Part shown: in pieces, positions 17,861 to 30,299 of the stretch
How positions within the stretch are numbered: the stretch's first letter is position 1
Layout: every line of letters starts with the position of its first letter
Assembly: GCF_009914755.1 (NCBI RefSeq)
Contig: NC_060943.1
Strand: one strand, 5' to 3'
Source: the human T2T-CHM13v2.0 reference genome, Homo sapiens
DNA: 64,000 nucleotides
Program-made: the position numbers and the translations under genes
The notes under the pieces: generated by a model
The model's database searches: none
The model's input: only the letters and a program-made list of their open reading frames with translations
Told to the model about the DNA's origin: nothing

Positions 17861-19145
17861 CCCGAAATCAGGTTCCCATCTTTATCAAACTTAGAGTGAC
17901 ACTGATTAGCCCAATGTTTTCCTTTTTTTACATTTTGGACATATATCAGGCTCAGCAGTTTTCTTTTTTCCCCTATCTGCCGGCCTGACTTGCTGATTTT
18001 TTTCTGCATTCTTTTTTAGTGTGCCCATGCTTCCCACAGTTGAAACAAGCTCCAGGAAATGGAGTATTTCCTTTATCCACTTTCAGTCCTGCCATTGCCT
18101 GTGCCAACAAAGTAGCTTTATGCAGATTACCTCTGATACCATCTCAGGCCTTGATATAATCAACTAAATGTGCTTTCCCTCTAATAGGTCACAGAGCAGC
18201 CTGGCAATTGAGATTAGCATTGTCAAAAGCTAATAACCGCAACACTATATCCTGAGCAGCCGAATCTGCAATCACCTTTTTAAGATACTCCTGTAACCGA
18301 GCTATAAAATCTGTGTACGGTTCTTTTGGTCCCTGTTTTACAGCACCAAAGGAAGGGTACTGTTCTCCACCTGAAGTGATTTTTTCCCAAGCTCTGATGC
18401 ACACTCCTCTAAGCTGCTCTATGGCATCATCCTGCATGACCACCTGTGCATCTAAACCAGCCCAGCCGCCGACCCCCAAAAGTTGGTGTGCAGTTATATC
18501 AATTTGAGGTTGGGCCTGGGTGTTGCGAGGAGCCTGAATGGAAGCTTCATCTGCCCACCAAGTTTTAAATTGTAAGAACTGAGCAGGAGTTAGACAAGCT
18601 CAAGTAAGAGCGTCCCAGTCAGGAGGAATCATCCGACTGGAAACAGCAACATTCTTTAACAGTCCCGTTACAAAAGGAGAACCTGGTCCATATTGATTAA
18701 TAGCTTGTTTAAATTCTTTGAGTAATTTAAAAGGAAAAGGCTCAAATGTAGCTGTAATATTTCCCTGTTGATCTGGGGGATGTATTCTAACAGGGAACTG
18801 CCAAGCCTCTAAATCACCCTCTCTTCTAGCTTGCTGAATTCCTGCCTGAATGGAACTGAGAGCAGTCGCTTGAGGCACTGCCCAAACAGTCACTGGGGCA
18901 ACTACTTTTCACCCAGTGTCCTCTGGAAAAGAAAGATCTGGAGGGTCAGGTCACTCTTTTTCTTCACACTAAGGAGGGGATGCAGAAGGGTAGGGATGAA
19001 CCTCTTCCTCCTTTGCCACTTTAGCTTTAGCTGGCAAACAAACCTGCTCTGTTACCTCTTCCATTACTTCATTACACTCTCCCTGCTCCTCATCAGTGTG
19101 AAAAGGTTCCAAGGTGGAATGAACCAGAACCCACACCTGTCCCAT
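17780..19145 (-). pseudogene. HML-3 gag remnant
   Basis: YGPGSPF (CA), major homology region VKQGPKEPYTDFIARL, and zinc knuckles CFNCGKHGH..EC and CPKC...HWANQC. Multiple stops. Confidence 0.9.
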
Positions 19146-19274
19146 TGCTACCCTGATGCTTCCGAGCTCCCCTTCTTACTCACCATGGGGATTGCTTAAG
19201 AGTACTCGGGTGTCCTCCAGCTTAGTTCCACGTTCTCCAACCGTCGCTCCAGTGACTCTTCGACCTGGGTTCGA

Positions 19275-19294
19275 GCCCCCACGTATGGGTGCCA
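19275..19294 (-). promoter_or_regulatory. Primer-binding site for tRNA-Lys(CUU)
   Basis: TGGCACCCATACGTGGGGGC lies 2 nt after the 5' LTR; canonical Lys1,2 PBS is TGGCGCCCAACGTGGGGC. Confidence 0.88.
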
Positions 19295-19296
19295 CT

Positions 19297-19805
19297 TGCC
19301 GAGACCAGCTCGGTTGTGGAGACCCTAACCCAGCGGTGCTAGAGGAATTAAAGACACATACACAGAAATATAGGGTGTGGAGTGGGAAATCAGGGGTCTC
19401 ACGGCCTTCAGAGCTGAGAGCCTTGAACAGAGATTTACCCACATATTTATTGACAGCAAGCCAGTGATAAGCATTATTTCTATAGATTATAGATTAACTA
19501 AAAACATTTCTTACAGGAAATAAAGGGATGGGCTGAAATAAAGGGATGGGTCTGGCTAGTTATCTGCAGCAGGAACATGTCGTTAAGGCACAGATCACTT
19601 ATGCTATGGTTTGTGGTTCAGGAACCCCTTTAAGCGGTTTTCCGCCCTGGGTGGGCCAGGTGTTCCTCGCCCTCGTTCCAGTAAACCCACAACCTTCAGG
19701 GTGGGGGTCATGGCCATCACAAACATGTCACAGTGCTGCAGAGATTTTGTTTATGGCCAGTTTTGGGGCCAGTTTATGGCCAGATTTGGGGGCCTGTTCC
19801 CAACA
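19297..19805 (-). mobile_element. 5' LTR (MER9a-type)
   Basis: About 94% identical to 13132-13641 by manual alignment. Confidence 0.93.
19446..19451 (-). terminator. FBXO17: LTR AATAAA, probable FBXO17 poly(A) signal
   Basis: First canonical AATAAA or ATTAAA I find on the minus strand downstream of the FBXO17 stop (about 1.13 kb). Confidence 0.7.
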
Positions 19806-20230
19806 CCAGAGATTTCCCCAAACAGCAGATGACTTTGTTAGTCTCAAGGACAGACTGCCTCAGCGGACCTCTGCTCCCTGCCCACGATCATTACCCCCAA
19901 AACATGCCGGCAAGTCTCTGCTCCCTGCGTCGGCAGAGGGATTTATAAGCCCTCTCTTATAAATCCTGGTTTAGCCTTTGTTTTGTGACTGAGTCCACCG
20001 AGATCCTTGCAGGAGAAGAAAATTTGCAGGCAAATGAACTAAATGTCTCTTCCTGACACTCCCCTTCTGGGGGGCTGAGGAAGCTGTGAACAGCCTGGTT
20101 TGTCACACAGCACGATGGCCACCACACTGAAGCAGCAGCAAGCAGATTCATGGAAGGTGTGCTGAGAACCAGCCACCTGGGAGCCCTACTGTCCCTGGGT
20201 ATCCTCTGGCTTCTGGCTGCAAAGCTGGTC

Positions 20231-20531
20231 TTTTTTTTTTTTTTTTCATTGATATAGGGTCTTGCTTTCTCACCCAGGCTGGAGTGGTGGTGAAATCACG
20301 GCTCACTGCAGCCTCAACCTCCTGGTCTCAGGCAATCCTCCCACCCAAGCCTCCTGAGTAGCTGGGACTACAGGCGGCACCACCATGCCTGGCTAATTTT
20401 TTAAAAATTATTTGTGGAGACGGTTTCACTATGTTGCCCAGGCTGGTCTTGAACTCCCGAGCTCCAGTGATCCTCCCACCTCGGCCTCCTGAAGTGCTGG
20501 GATTCCACAGGTGTGAGCCACTGCACCTGGC
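20231..20531 (-). mobile_element. AluJ-type element in the FBXO17 3' UTR
   Basis: Alu in sense orientation to FBXO17, flanked by TSD TGCAA(A/G)GCTGGTCTT. Confidence 0.85.
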
Positions 20532-20576
20532 TGCAAGGCTGGTCTTGACTGACAACGTCAGGCAGTAGTCCAGTCG

Positions 20577-20720
20577 CTAGGACAGACGGATCCTGACCCT
20601 CACACTGGAGTGGGTCACAAGGGCGCCGTAGTGCCCCACCCAGGAACTCACGTCTCTCCCGTACTGCTCAAAAGATACGTAGCGGATGCCCTTGCCAAAG
20701 TTGGTGAAGACGTGGGAGAC
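20577..20720 (-). CDS. FBXO17: FBXO17 last coding exon ([11 protein letters not shown]...RIRLS*)
   Basis: ctgcag|GTC TCC CAC. C-terminus of the FBA sugar-binding domain; TAG ends at 20577. Confidence 0.96.
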   Translation of the reverse strand, partial: VSHVFTNFGKGIRYVSFEQYGRDVSSWVGHYGALVTHSSVRVRIRLS

Positions 20721-21217
20721 CTGCAGGGGGAAGGGGAGTGAGAGGGTGAGGGCCTGCGGGCCCCTTCTCTTCCTCCACTTCAACAGATAGGCCCAAAGGA
20801 CTGAGGAGGTGCCAGTCCTGCGCTAGGTGCTGGGGACGGAGCAGTGAATAAAACCGGAAAAGGACCCCGCCCTGGTGTCAGTGCCATTCTAGCAGGGGGC
20901 CCAGACACTGGAGATAGGTGGGGGTGAGGGGCCAGGGGCATTCTGCCAGGAAGGTGGCAGGAATGTGAGTAGAGTGAGTTAGCAAAGGCCCCACAGAGGT
21001 GACACCTGAAGGAGGAGAGGGAGCCGGGAGGGGCTCTGGAGGGTGTCCCAGGCAGCAGGAACGGCCCGCGCAAAGGCCCTGAGGTGGGAGAATGCCTGGA
21101 GCTGAGTGAGGGGAGAGGTAAGAGAGGGGTCAGGGAGGTCATGGGCAGATCATGGCCTTGTGGGCCACAGGAGGACTTTGGCTTTTTTTTTTTTCCAATT
21201 TAAAAAAGTTGAGATAA

Positions 21218-21468
<251 letters not shown>

Positions 21469-22922
21469 TGACCTCAGGTGATCCACCCGCCATGGTCTTC
21501 CAAAGTGCTGGGATTACAGGTGTGAGCCACTGCGCCCAGCCAAAATTTACCATTTTATTTTATTTATTTATTTTGAGGCCAAGACTCGCTCCATCGCCCA
21601 GGCTGGAGTGCAGTGGCATGATCTCAGCTCACTGCAACCTCCACCTCCCCCGGTTCAATAAATTCTCCCGCCTCAGTCTCCCCAGAAGCTGGGATTACAG
21701 ACGCCCATCACCGTGCCTGGCTAATTTGTGTATTTTTAGTAGAGACAGGGTTTCACTGTGTTGGCAGGCTGGTGTTGAACTCCTGCCCTCAAGTGATCTG
21801 TCCGCCTTGACCTCCCAAAGTGCTGAGATTACAGGCATGAGCCACCACACCCGGCCCAAAATTCATTTTTTAAAGTGTACAATTCAGTGGTTTTTAGTTG
21901 ATTCACGATATTATGCAGCCATCACCACTACCTAATTCCCATCACCCCAGGAAAAAACTCTGCATCCATGAGCTGTCATTTCCAAGACCTCCCTCCCCCA
22001 GCCCCTGGCAGTCGCCAATCTTCTTAGTGTACATTTCATATATGTGGAATCATACAGTATTTGTCATTTCATGTCTGGCCTCTTTCAGCATCATGTTTTC
22101 AGTTTATCCACGTTGCAGTGTGAATTCATGCTTCATTTCTTTTCCGTGGCTGCATAACTTTGGCTTTTACTGTGAGATGTAGCCACAGGAGCATTACAAG
22201 CAGTGAGACTTCTGATCTGACTCATTATTATTATTATTATTTTTAGTTAGCGTCTCAGTCTGTTGCCCTGGCTGGAGTGCAGTGGGACCAACTGGGCTCC
22301 AACCATCCTCCCACCTCAGCCTCCTGAGTAGCTGAGACTGCAGGTGCAAGTCACCATGCCCGTCTAATTTTTAATTTCTTTGTAGAGATGGAGGTCTCGC
22401 TATATTGCCCAGGCTGGCCTCAAACTCCTGCCCTCAAGCTGTCCTCCCATCTTGGCCTCCTAAAGTGGTGGGATTACAGGTATGAGCCACTGTGCCCAGC
22501 CGAAACATTTACTTTGGTAACTGAGGTGTGAGGATCAAGACAGCATAGTCTTGGTGCCAGATTGGGCTTGAGTCCAGCTCTGCACTGGACCAGTCACATA
22601 ACCTCCCTGTGCCTCTGTTTCCTCAACTCTAGAATGGAGATAGGATTTTGCTTCACTGCTGCATTTCCAGCACATAGAGTGGTGCCCAGCACACAGTAGG
22701 TGCTCAATCAGTGTTTGTTGAACATTAAGGGGTTTTGCTAATGAAATGAATCGATATGTAAGCGTCTTGACACAGGGCTTGGGATGTAAGAAGGGCTCAA
22801 TACTTCTTAGCTGTTATGATTATAGATATCCAGGAGTGACAGAAGGGAAACCGAGCAGACGAGAGGCTGGGCGTGTGTGCCTTTAGCGGGTCGGGGGGAG
22901 CTGGAAGCTAGTCTGGACCCAC

Positions 22923-23058
22923 CTGTCGGCAGCCCCTCTCAGTCCACTGAAGGACCGGGTCAGGTGAGGCTGAGAACTTGACCACTTCCTTTTCATACAC
23001 ATCCAGAAGGCGGACCCGGAGCTGGTAGACGCAGCCGCAGTTCTCTCGAGCGCCCCAC
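22923..23058 (-). CDS. FBXO17: FBXO17 exon 5 (WGARENCGC...TERGCRQ)
   Basis: gcag|G TGG ... CGA CAG|gtgggt. 136 nt, phase 2-0. Confidence 0.95.
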
Positions 23059-23204
23059 CTGCCAGGCAGCAGTCAGCCTCTATGCCCCCGTCACCCAGCC
23101 AGCTCTCTGGGTTTCGGGGCGGGAGGCTGAGGGCTGGCTCCATCTTGATGAAGGTCCTGCACATCTGGACCACATTTGGAGACGTCCTGGCCTGGGAACC
23201 TCTA

Positions 23205-23812
23205 GGGGAGGAGCCTTGGTGGTTCTGGGGTGGAACCAGAGCCTGGGGGAGGAGCCTGGGTGGTCCTGGGGAGGAGCCAGAGCCTGGGGGAGGAGCCTGG
23301 GTGGTCCTGGGGTGGAGCCAGAGCCTGGGGGAGGAGCCTGGGTGACCCTGGGGTGGAGCCAGAGCCTGGGGGAGGGTCCTGGGTGGTCCTGGGGGAGGAG
23401 TCTGGGTGGTCCTGGAGTGGAGCCAGAGCCTGGGGGAGGGGCCTGGGTGGTCCTGGGGGAGGAATCTGGGTGGTCCTGGGGTGGAGCCAGAGCCTGGGGG
23501 AGGGGCCTGGGTGGTCCTGGGGGAGGAGTCTGGGTGGTCCTGGGGTGGAGCCAGAGCAGGGGAGGAGCCTGGGTGGTCCTGGGGGAGGAGCCTGGGTGGT
23601 CCTGGGGTGGAACCAGAGCCTGGGGGAGGGGCCTGGGTGGTCCTGGGGGAGGAGCCTGGGTGGTCCTGGGGTGGAACCAGAACCTGGAGGAGAAGCCTGG
23701 GTGACCCTGGGGTGGAGCCAGAGCCTGGGGGAGGAGTCTGGGTGGTCCTGGGGTGGAGCCAGAGCAGGGGAGGAGCCTGGGTGGTCCTGGGGGAGGAGCC
23801 TGGGTGGTCCTG
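23205..23812. repeat. G-rich composite minisatellite (VNTR) in FBXO17 intron 4
   Basis: Interleaved units GGGGTGGAGCCAGAGCCTG (~19 nt) and GGGGAGGAGCCTGGGTGGTCCT(G) (22-23 nt). Confidence 0.95.
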
Positions 23813-24425
23813 CGGTTGATTCTGGAGGCTTTTGGGTAGGTAGTTGGGGGACGGGAAAGGATGCTCTGGGGAAGAACCACAATGCAGGGCAGGTGCCTGA
23901 TGACTTCAGGGAAGAGCCAGAGCCCCAGGGAAGAGACCAGATTTTCTATGGAAGAGCCACAGCCTGAAGGAGGAGCTGGAATGCTTTGGGGCAGAACCTG
24001 GGTGTTTTGGGAAGAAGGCATTCATCCTAAGCCTGTAGGCTCTGAAGCCAGTCCTGTCCCAACTATGCTCCCTGAGCCTCAGCTCACAGGGCACCATGCT
24101 CCCACCCCTTCAGAGACCCTGGGCATCCACAAGGTGGTCAGGGGAGGTGTCTCGTTTCAGAGGGGTATCAAGCCAGTCAGTGGCCCCCTGTGGACCACCC
24201 CAGCCTGCTGGGATGAGGGTGGGCAGGAGTGCAGAGTGGGGGCTCTGGCTTCTCCAAAGCTCTACCTTCCCCGGCTCTGCATCACTTCCCCTCTCAGCCT
24301 CATCACAAAGGGTGCACAGTGACAGCCGCTACCCGTGGGGTTGATGGGGCGGGAAATGAGCCCCTGTTGCAGAGCCGCTGCCAAGCCTGCTGCTGCTCTG
24401 GGGCAGGGTGCCGCTCCTCACTCAC

Positions 24426-24521
24426 CAGTCAGCCACACAGATCTCAATCTGGGCGCTGTCCAGCAGCTCCTGCCACACCCCTTCCATCACCAGGTCCACA
24501 AGCTGCCTCTTGGAGCACCAT
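24426..24521 (-). CDS. FBXO17: FBXO17 exon 4 ([10 protein letters not shown]...ICVADW)
   Basis: ccag|A TGG TGC ... GAC TG|gtgagt. 96 nt, phase 2-2. Confidence 0.95.
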
Positions 24522-25949
24522 CTGGGAAGGAGAGATGGCAGGGGGCAGGGCAAACAGTCCTGGCATTCAAGTCACAGTCAGAAACCACCTCCTCCAAGAA
24601 GTCTCCCTTGATAACCCTCTCTAAAGCAGCCCTCAGGGTTTGCTCTAGCAGACCTGAAGATGCATGATGGGCTATACATCTCTCCTTGGCCTCTTGGAGT
24701 CCCTTTGCCATTCTCCACCCTGCTTCGGGCTCCAGGCAGCTGACCTCTATGAAAGCCTGACCCTCATCTTTGTGGGACAGGACATGACTACAAATGAAGG
24801 CCACATACTAGACATGTGAGCGGGGAGCTCTGTGGCCTCCTAAAGTGCGAGGGCCCCGGGTCTAAAGCTGGACGGCCTTGTCTCTGTCACCCATTGCTTC
24901 CTGTTGGATCAGCCAATGGGATGCTCCGGCAGGGGATGGAAGTGAAAGAGGTGACTAAAATCAGGGTATTTATCCTCTTAGGTCCTTCTCAAGGGACTGC
25001 CTTGTCCCCCAAGGAAAAAGCAAATCTCCATGGCACTCTCTCCTCATTTTCCAGTAACTGTTTCCTCCCCTCACCTCTAGCAGTCTAGGGGTGGTAACGT
25101 TCCTTTCCTAACTGTTACTAGCTCAGGGGCTCCTGCCTACAACTTTGTAAACAGTCCTTCTCCTCAAACTAGAATGTGCCATAATAACATAAATTGTGCA
25201 GTATTGGTGGAAGGATGGGTAAGTTGAGCAATGGAATAGAACAAAGTGCCAGGAACCGGCTGAGCGCGGTGGCTTAGACCTGTAATCCCAGCACTTTGAG
25301 AGCCCGAGGCAGGCGGATCACCGGAGGTCGGGAGTTAGAGACGAGCCTGGTCAATATGGTGAAACCTCTTCTCTACAAAAAATACAAAAATTAGCCAGGC
25401 ATGGTGGCGCACCTCTGTAGTCACAGCTATTCGGGAGGCTGAGGCAGGAGAATCATTGGAACCCAGGGAGGCAGAGGCTGCAGTGAGCCAAGATTGCGCC
25501 ACTGCACTCTAGACTGGGCAACAAAATGAGACTCTATCTCAAAAAACAAAAACAAAAACAAAAAAAACAGAGTGCCAGGGACAGACGTAGGTATACACAG
25601 AAACTTCATAAACTGTAGAGGTGGCACCATCATTCCATGGAGAACAGATTCTCATTTTTTCTTTTCTTTTGAGTCAAGGTCTTATTCTGTTGCCAGGCTG
25701 GAGTGCAGTGGCATGATCCTAGGCTCACTGCAACCTCGAACTCCTGGGCTCAAGAGATCCTCCCACTTCGGCCTCCCAAAGTGCTGGGATTACAGCTATG
25801 AGCCACCGTGCCCGGCCTTCAGTTTCCTGTTATAAAGTGGGGGCAGTAATAGTATCTATGTCACAGGGTTGTTGCCAGAATTATATGTAAAGTGTCTAGT
25901 ATAGAGTAACTCCTTGTGGAGGCAAAAGCGACTCCATCTTGGGTGCTAA

Positions 25950-26093
<144 letters not shown>

Positions 26094-26520
26094 TAATTTT
26101 TGTCTTTTTAGTAGAGACGGGGTTTCCCCCTGTTGGCCAGGCTGGTCTCGCACTCCTGACCTAAAGTGATCTGCCCACCTCGGGCTCTCAAAGTGCTGGG
26201 ATTACAGGCGAGAGCCACCGTGCCCGGCCCAAAACCCTGTCTTTAGATCAAAGCTGTCTTGCTGTTGTCTCACAAACTGCAGGCGATGATGCACAGAGCA
26301 TTGCTGCCTGTGGTTGCTAACCTTCCTGATCTTTCCTTGTATCCCTGGCATATGAAACAGTACCCTCAACAAGTATTTGTTGATTGATGGAATGAATCAA
26401 TGAATAAATAAATGGGGGAAGGAGAGGGTGAAGGTGACGATGAGGACAGTGTGGGGGGTAGGGTCCCTTTCTTTGGGGCCTTTGCCCCAGGGATCGGGGC
26501 CTCTCACTTGGGCCACTCAC

Positions 26521-26632
26521 TCGAAAGAGGTCACGAAGCAGGTCTGCGAAGGAGCCCCAGGCACCGGTGTTAGGTTCTTTTCTATGGCCCAGCCGTTCCC
26601 GCCATGCTCCACCTCCCAGCCTCTGAAGCCCT
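26521..26632 (-). CDS. FBXO17: FBXO17 exon 3 ([14 protein letters not shown]...FVTSFE)
   Basis: cacag|AG GGC TTC ... TTC GA|gtgagt. 112 nt, phase 1-2. Confidence 0.95.
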
Positions 26633-26653
26633 CTGTGGGAAAACAAGAGTTGA

Positions 26654-27052
<399 letters not shown>

Positions 27053-27074
27053 TAATTTTTTAATTTTTTTTTGA

Positions 27075-27272
<198 letters not shown>

Positions 27273-27924
27273 TGAACTCCTGACCTCAAGTGATCTGCCC
27301 CCTCGGGCCTCCCAAAGTGCTGGGATTACAGGCGTGAGCCACTGCGCCTGGACTAATTTTTAAATTTTTTAGAGACAGAGTCTCACTTTGTTGTTCAGGC
27401 TGGTCTCAAACTCCTGGCCTCAAGCGATCCTCCCACCATAGACTCCCAAAATGCTGGGATTACAGGCGTGAGCTACTGCACCCCACCATTTTTTTTTTTT
27501 TTTGAGACAAGGTCTCTGTCACGCAGGCTGTAGTGCAATGGCACGATCATAGCTCACTGCAGCCTTGAACTCCTTGGGCTTAAGCGATCCTCCTGCCTTG
27601 GCCTCCCAAAGCGTTGCCATTCCCACCGCGCCTGGCCCCTGTCCTGTTCTGCATCCCCTCTGCATACCAAACTACTTGCTTTCTCCCCCGGCCCAGCCAG
27701 GGTCTTCCTGCCTTGCCCCGCCCACTCGTTCGGATTCCCGGCTTCACCTTCTCCAGCCCCGCCCACCGGGGCTACCGCCCAGGCACTGCGTCCCTCAGCC
27801 CCGCCCCCTGGCTCCTCCAGCGGTCTCGCCCATTGGCTACATCTCTCAGACTCTGTCCCGGCCCCGCCCCCGCCTCGCTCGCGCGGCCCCCCTCAGCCTC
27901 CTGGGCCCCGCCCCCGTCACCCAC

Positions 27925-28273
27925 GCTCTCCGCAGGAGTTGAAGATGAGATTGCGGCCGAAGGGCGCGCGCAGACAGTAGCGCGCCAGGGCGCACAGCGG
28001 GAACTCCTCCTTGTCTTCGTTGCTGGGCAGGCAGCGTTGAGCCACTGCGTAGAGTGCGCGGCCCTCGGCGCTGCGGTCGCGGGCCAGCTGCAGCAGCCAC
28101 ACAGTGGGCCCGTCCACTATGTCGCGCCAGGCGCGGCACACTGGGCGGCATCGCGTGACCAAGGAGCGTGGCGGCACGTGGCTCAGCACCTGCACCAGCA
28201 GCTCCGGGGGCAGCGCGTCCAGGGCCAGGGACGGGTCCGCCGGCAGCCGTCGCCGCGATAGCCGGGCGCCCAT
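27925..28273 (-). CDS. FBXO17: FBXO17 exon 2 coding part (F-box domain)
   Basis: ATG at 28273 (MGARLS...), F-box [17 protein letters not shown]...VCRAWRDIV, acceptor at 28290/28291, donor GAG C|gtgggt. The five coding exons total 837 nt (278 aa). Local CpG island. Confidence 0.96.
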
Positions 28274-28565
28274 CTCCAGCAGCCAGAGTCCTGCAGGTCG
28301 AGAGGGGTCGGTAGGCGGGTCAGCGCAGCCAGGCCACCCCCTCCCTACCTTGTCCCCCAGGGCGCAAGGCCCCTGCTGCTCGAGAGACCCCATTAGGTCC
28401 ATGGGCAACCAGGGACCCATTTCCCTCTCTGATCCTAGGCCTTTCCCAATCTTCCCCACTTGGGTAAAAGACCCCTGGTCTGACTCTGACCCCCGTCAGG
28501 ACCGCTGATCACGGCTTCCGTCTGGCGTTCAATTGTGTCAGGCTAAGCGCTTCAGGTATATGACC

Positions 28566-30248
<1,683 letters not shown>

Positions 30249-30299
30249 GACCCACAAGGAAACCCACTGCGGAAGAAACCATTTCTACCCCATACCCCA

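Larger units (their letters stand above)
13132..19805 (-). mobile_element. HERV-K(HML-3)/HERVK9 provirus, internally deleted and defective
   Basis: Two ~510-bp LTRs (TG...CA), 6-bp TSD CCAGAG (13126-13131, 19806-19811), tRNA-Lys PBS, PPT, and gag-dUTPase/pro-pol-env remnants of betaretroviral type. Confidence 0.95.

Noticed and set aside
19254-19294. tRNA-Lys gene or pseudogene
   Set aside because: No 5' half or A-box and no full cloverleaf; its position 2 nt from the LTR identifies it as the PBS.
13132-19805. Replication-competent or HML-2-type provirus encoding Rec/Np9
   Set aside because: LTRs are ~510-bp MER9-type, all genes are disrupted, and I see no convincing rec-type donor in the env leader.
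20231-20246. A-run in the FBXO17 3' UTR as a transcript end
   Set aside because: It is an Alu tail with no upstream hexamer and would give oligo-dT internal-priming artefacts.
23205-23812. CRISPR-like repeat/spacer appearance
   Set aside because: The 'spacers' are themselves repeated monomers, there are no cas genes, and the context is a eukaryotic intron.
23080-24021. Long Pro-rich and Gly/Trp-rich ORFs (313, 245 and 226 aa) on both strands
   Set aside because: They arise because the intronic VNTR units lack stop codons in every frame; there is no exon structure or domain.
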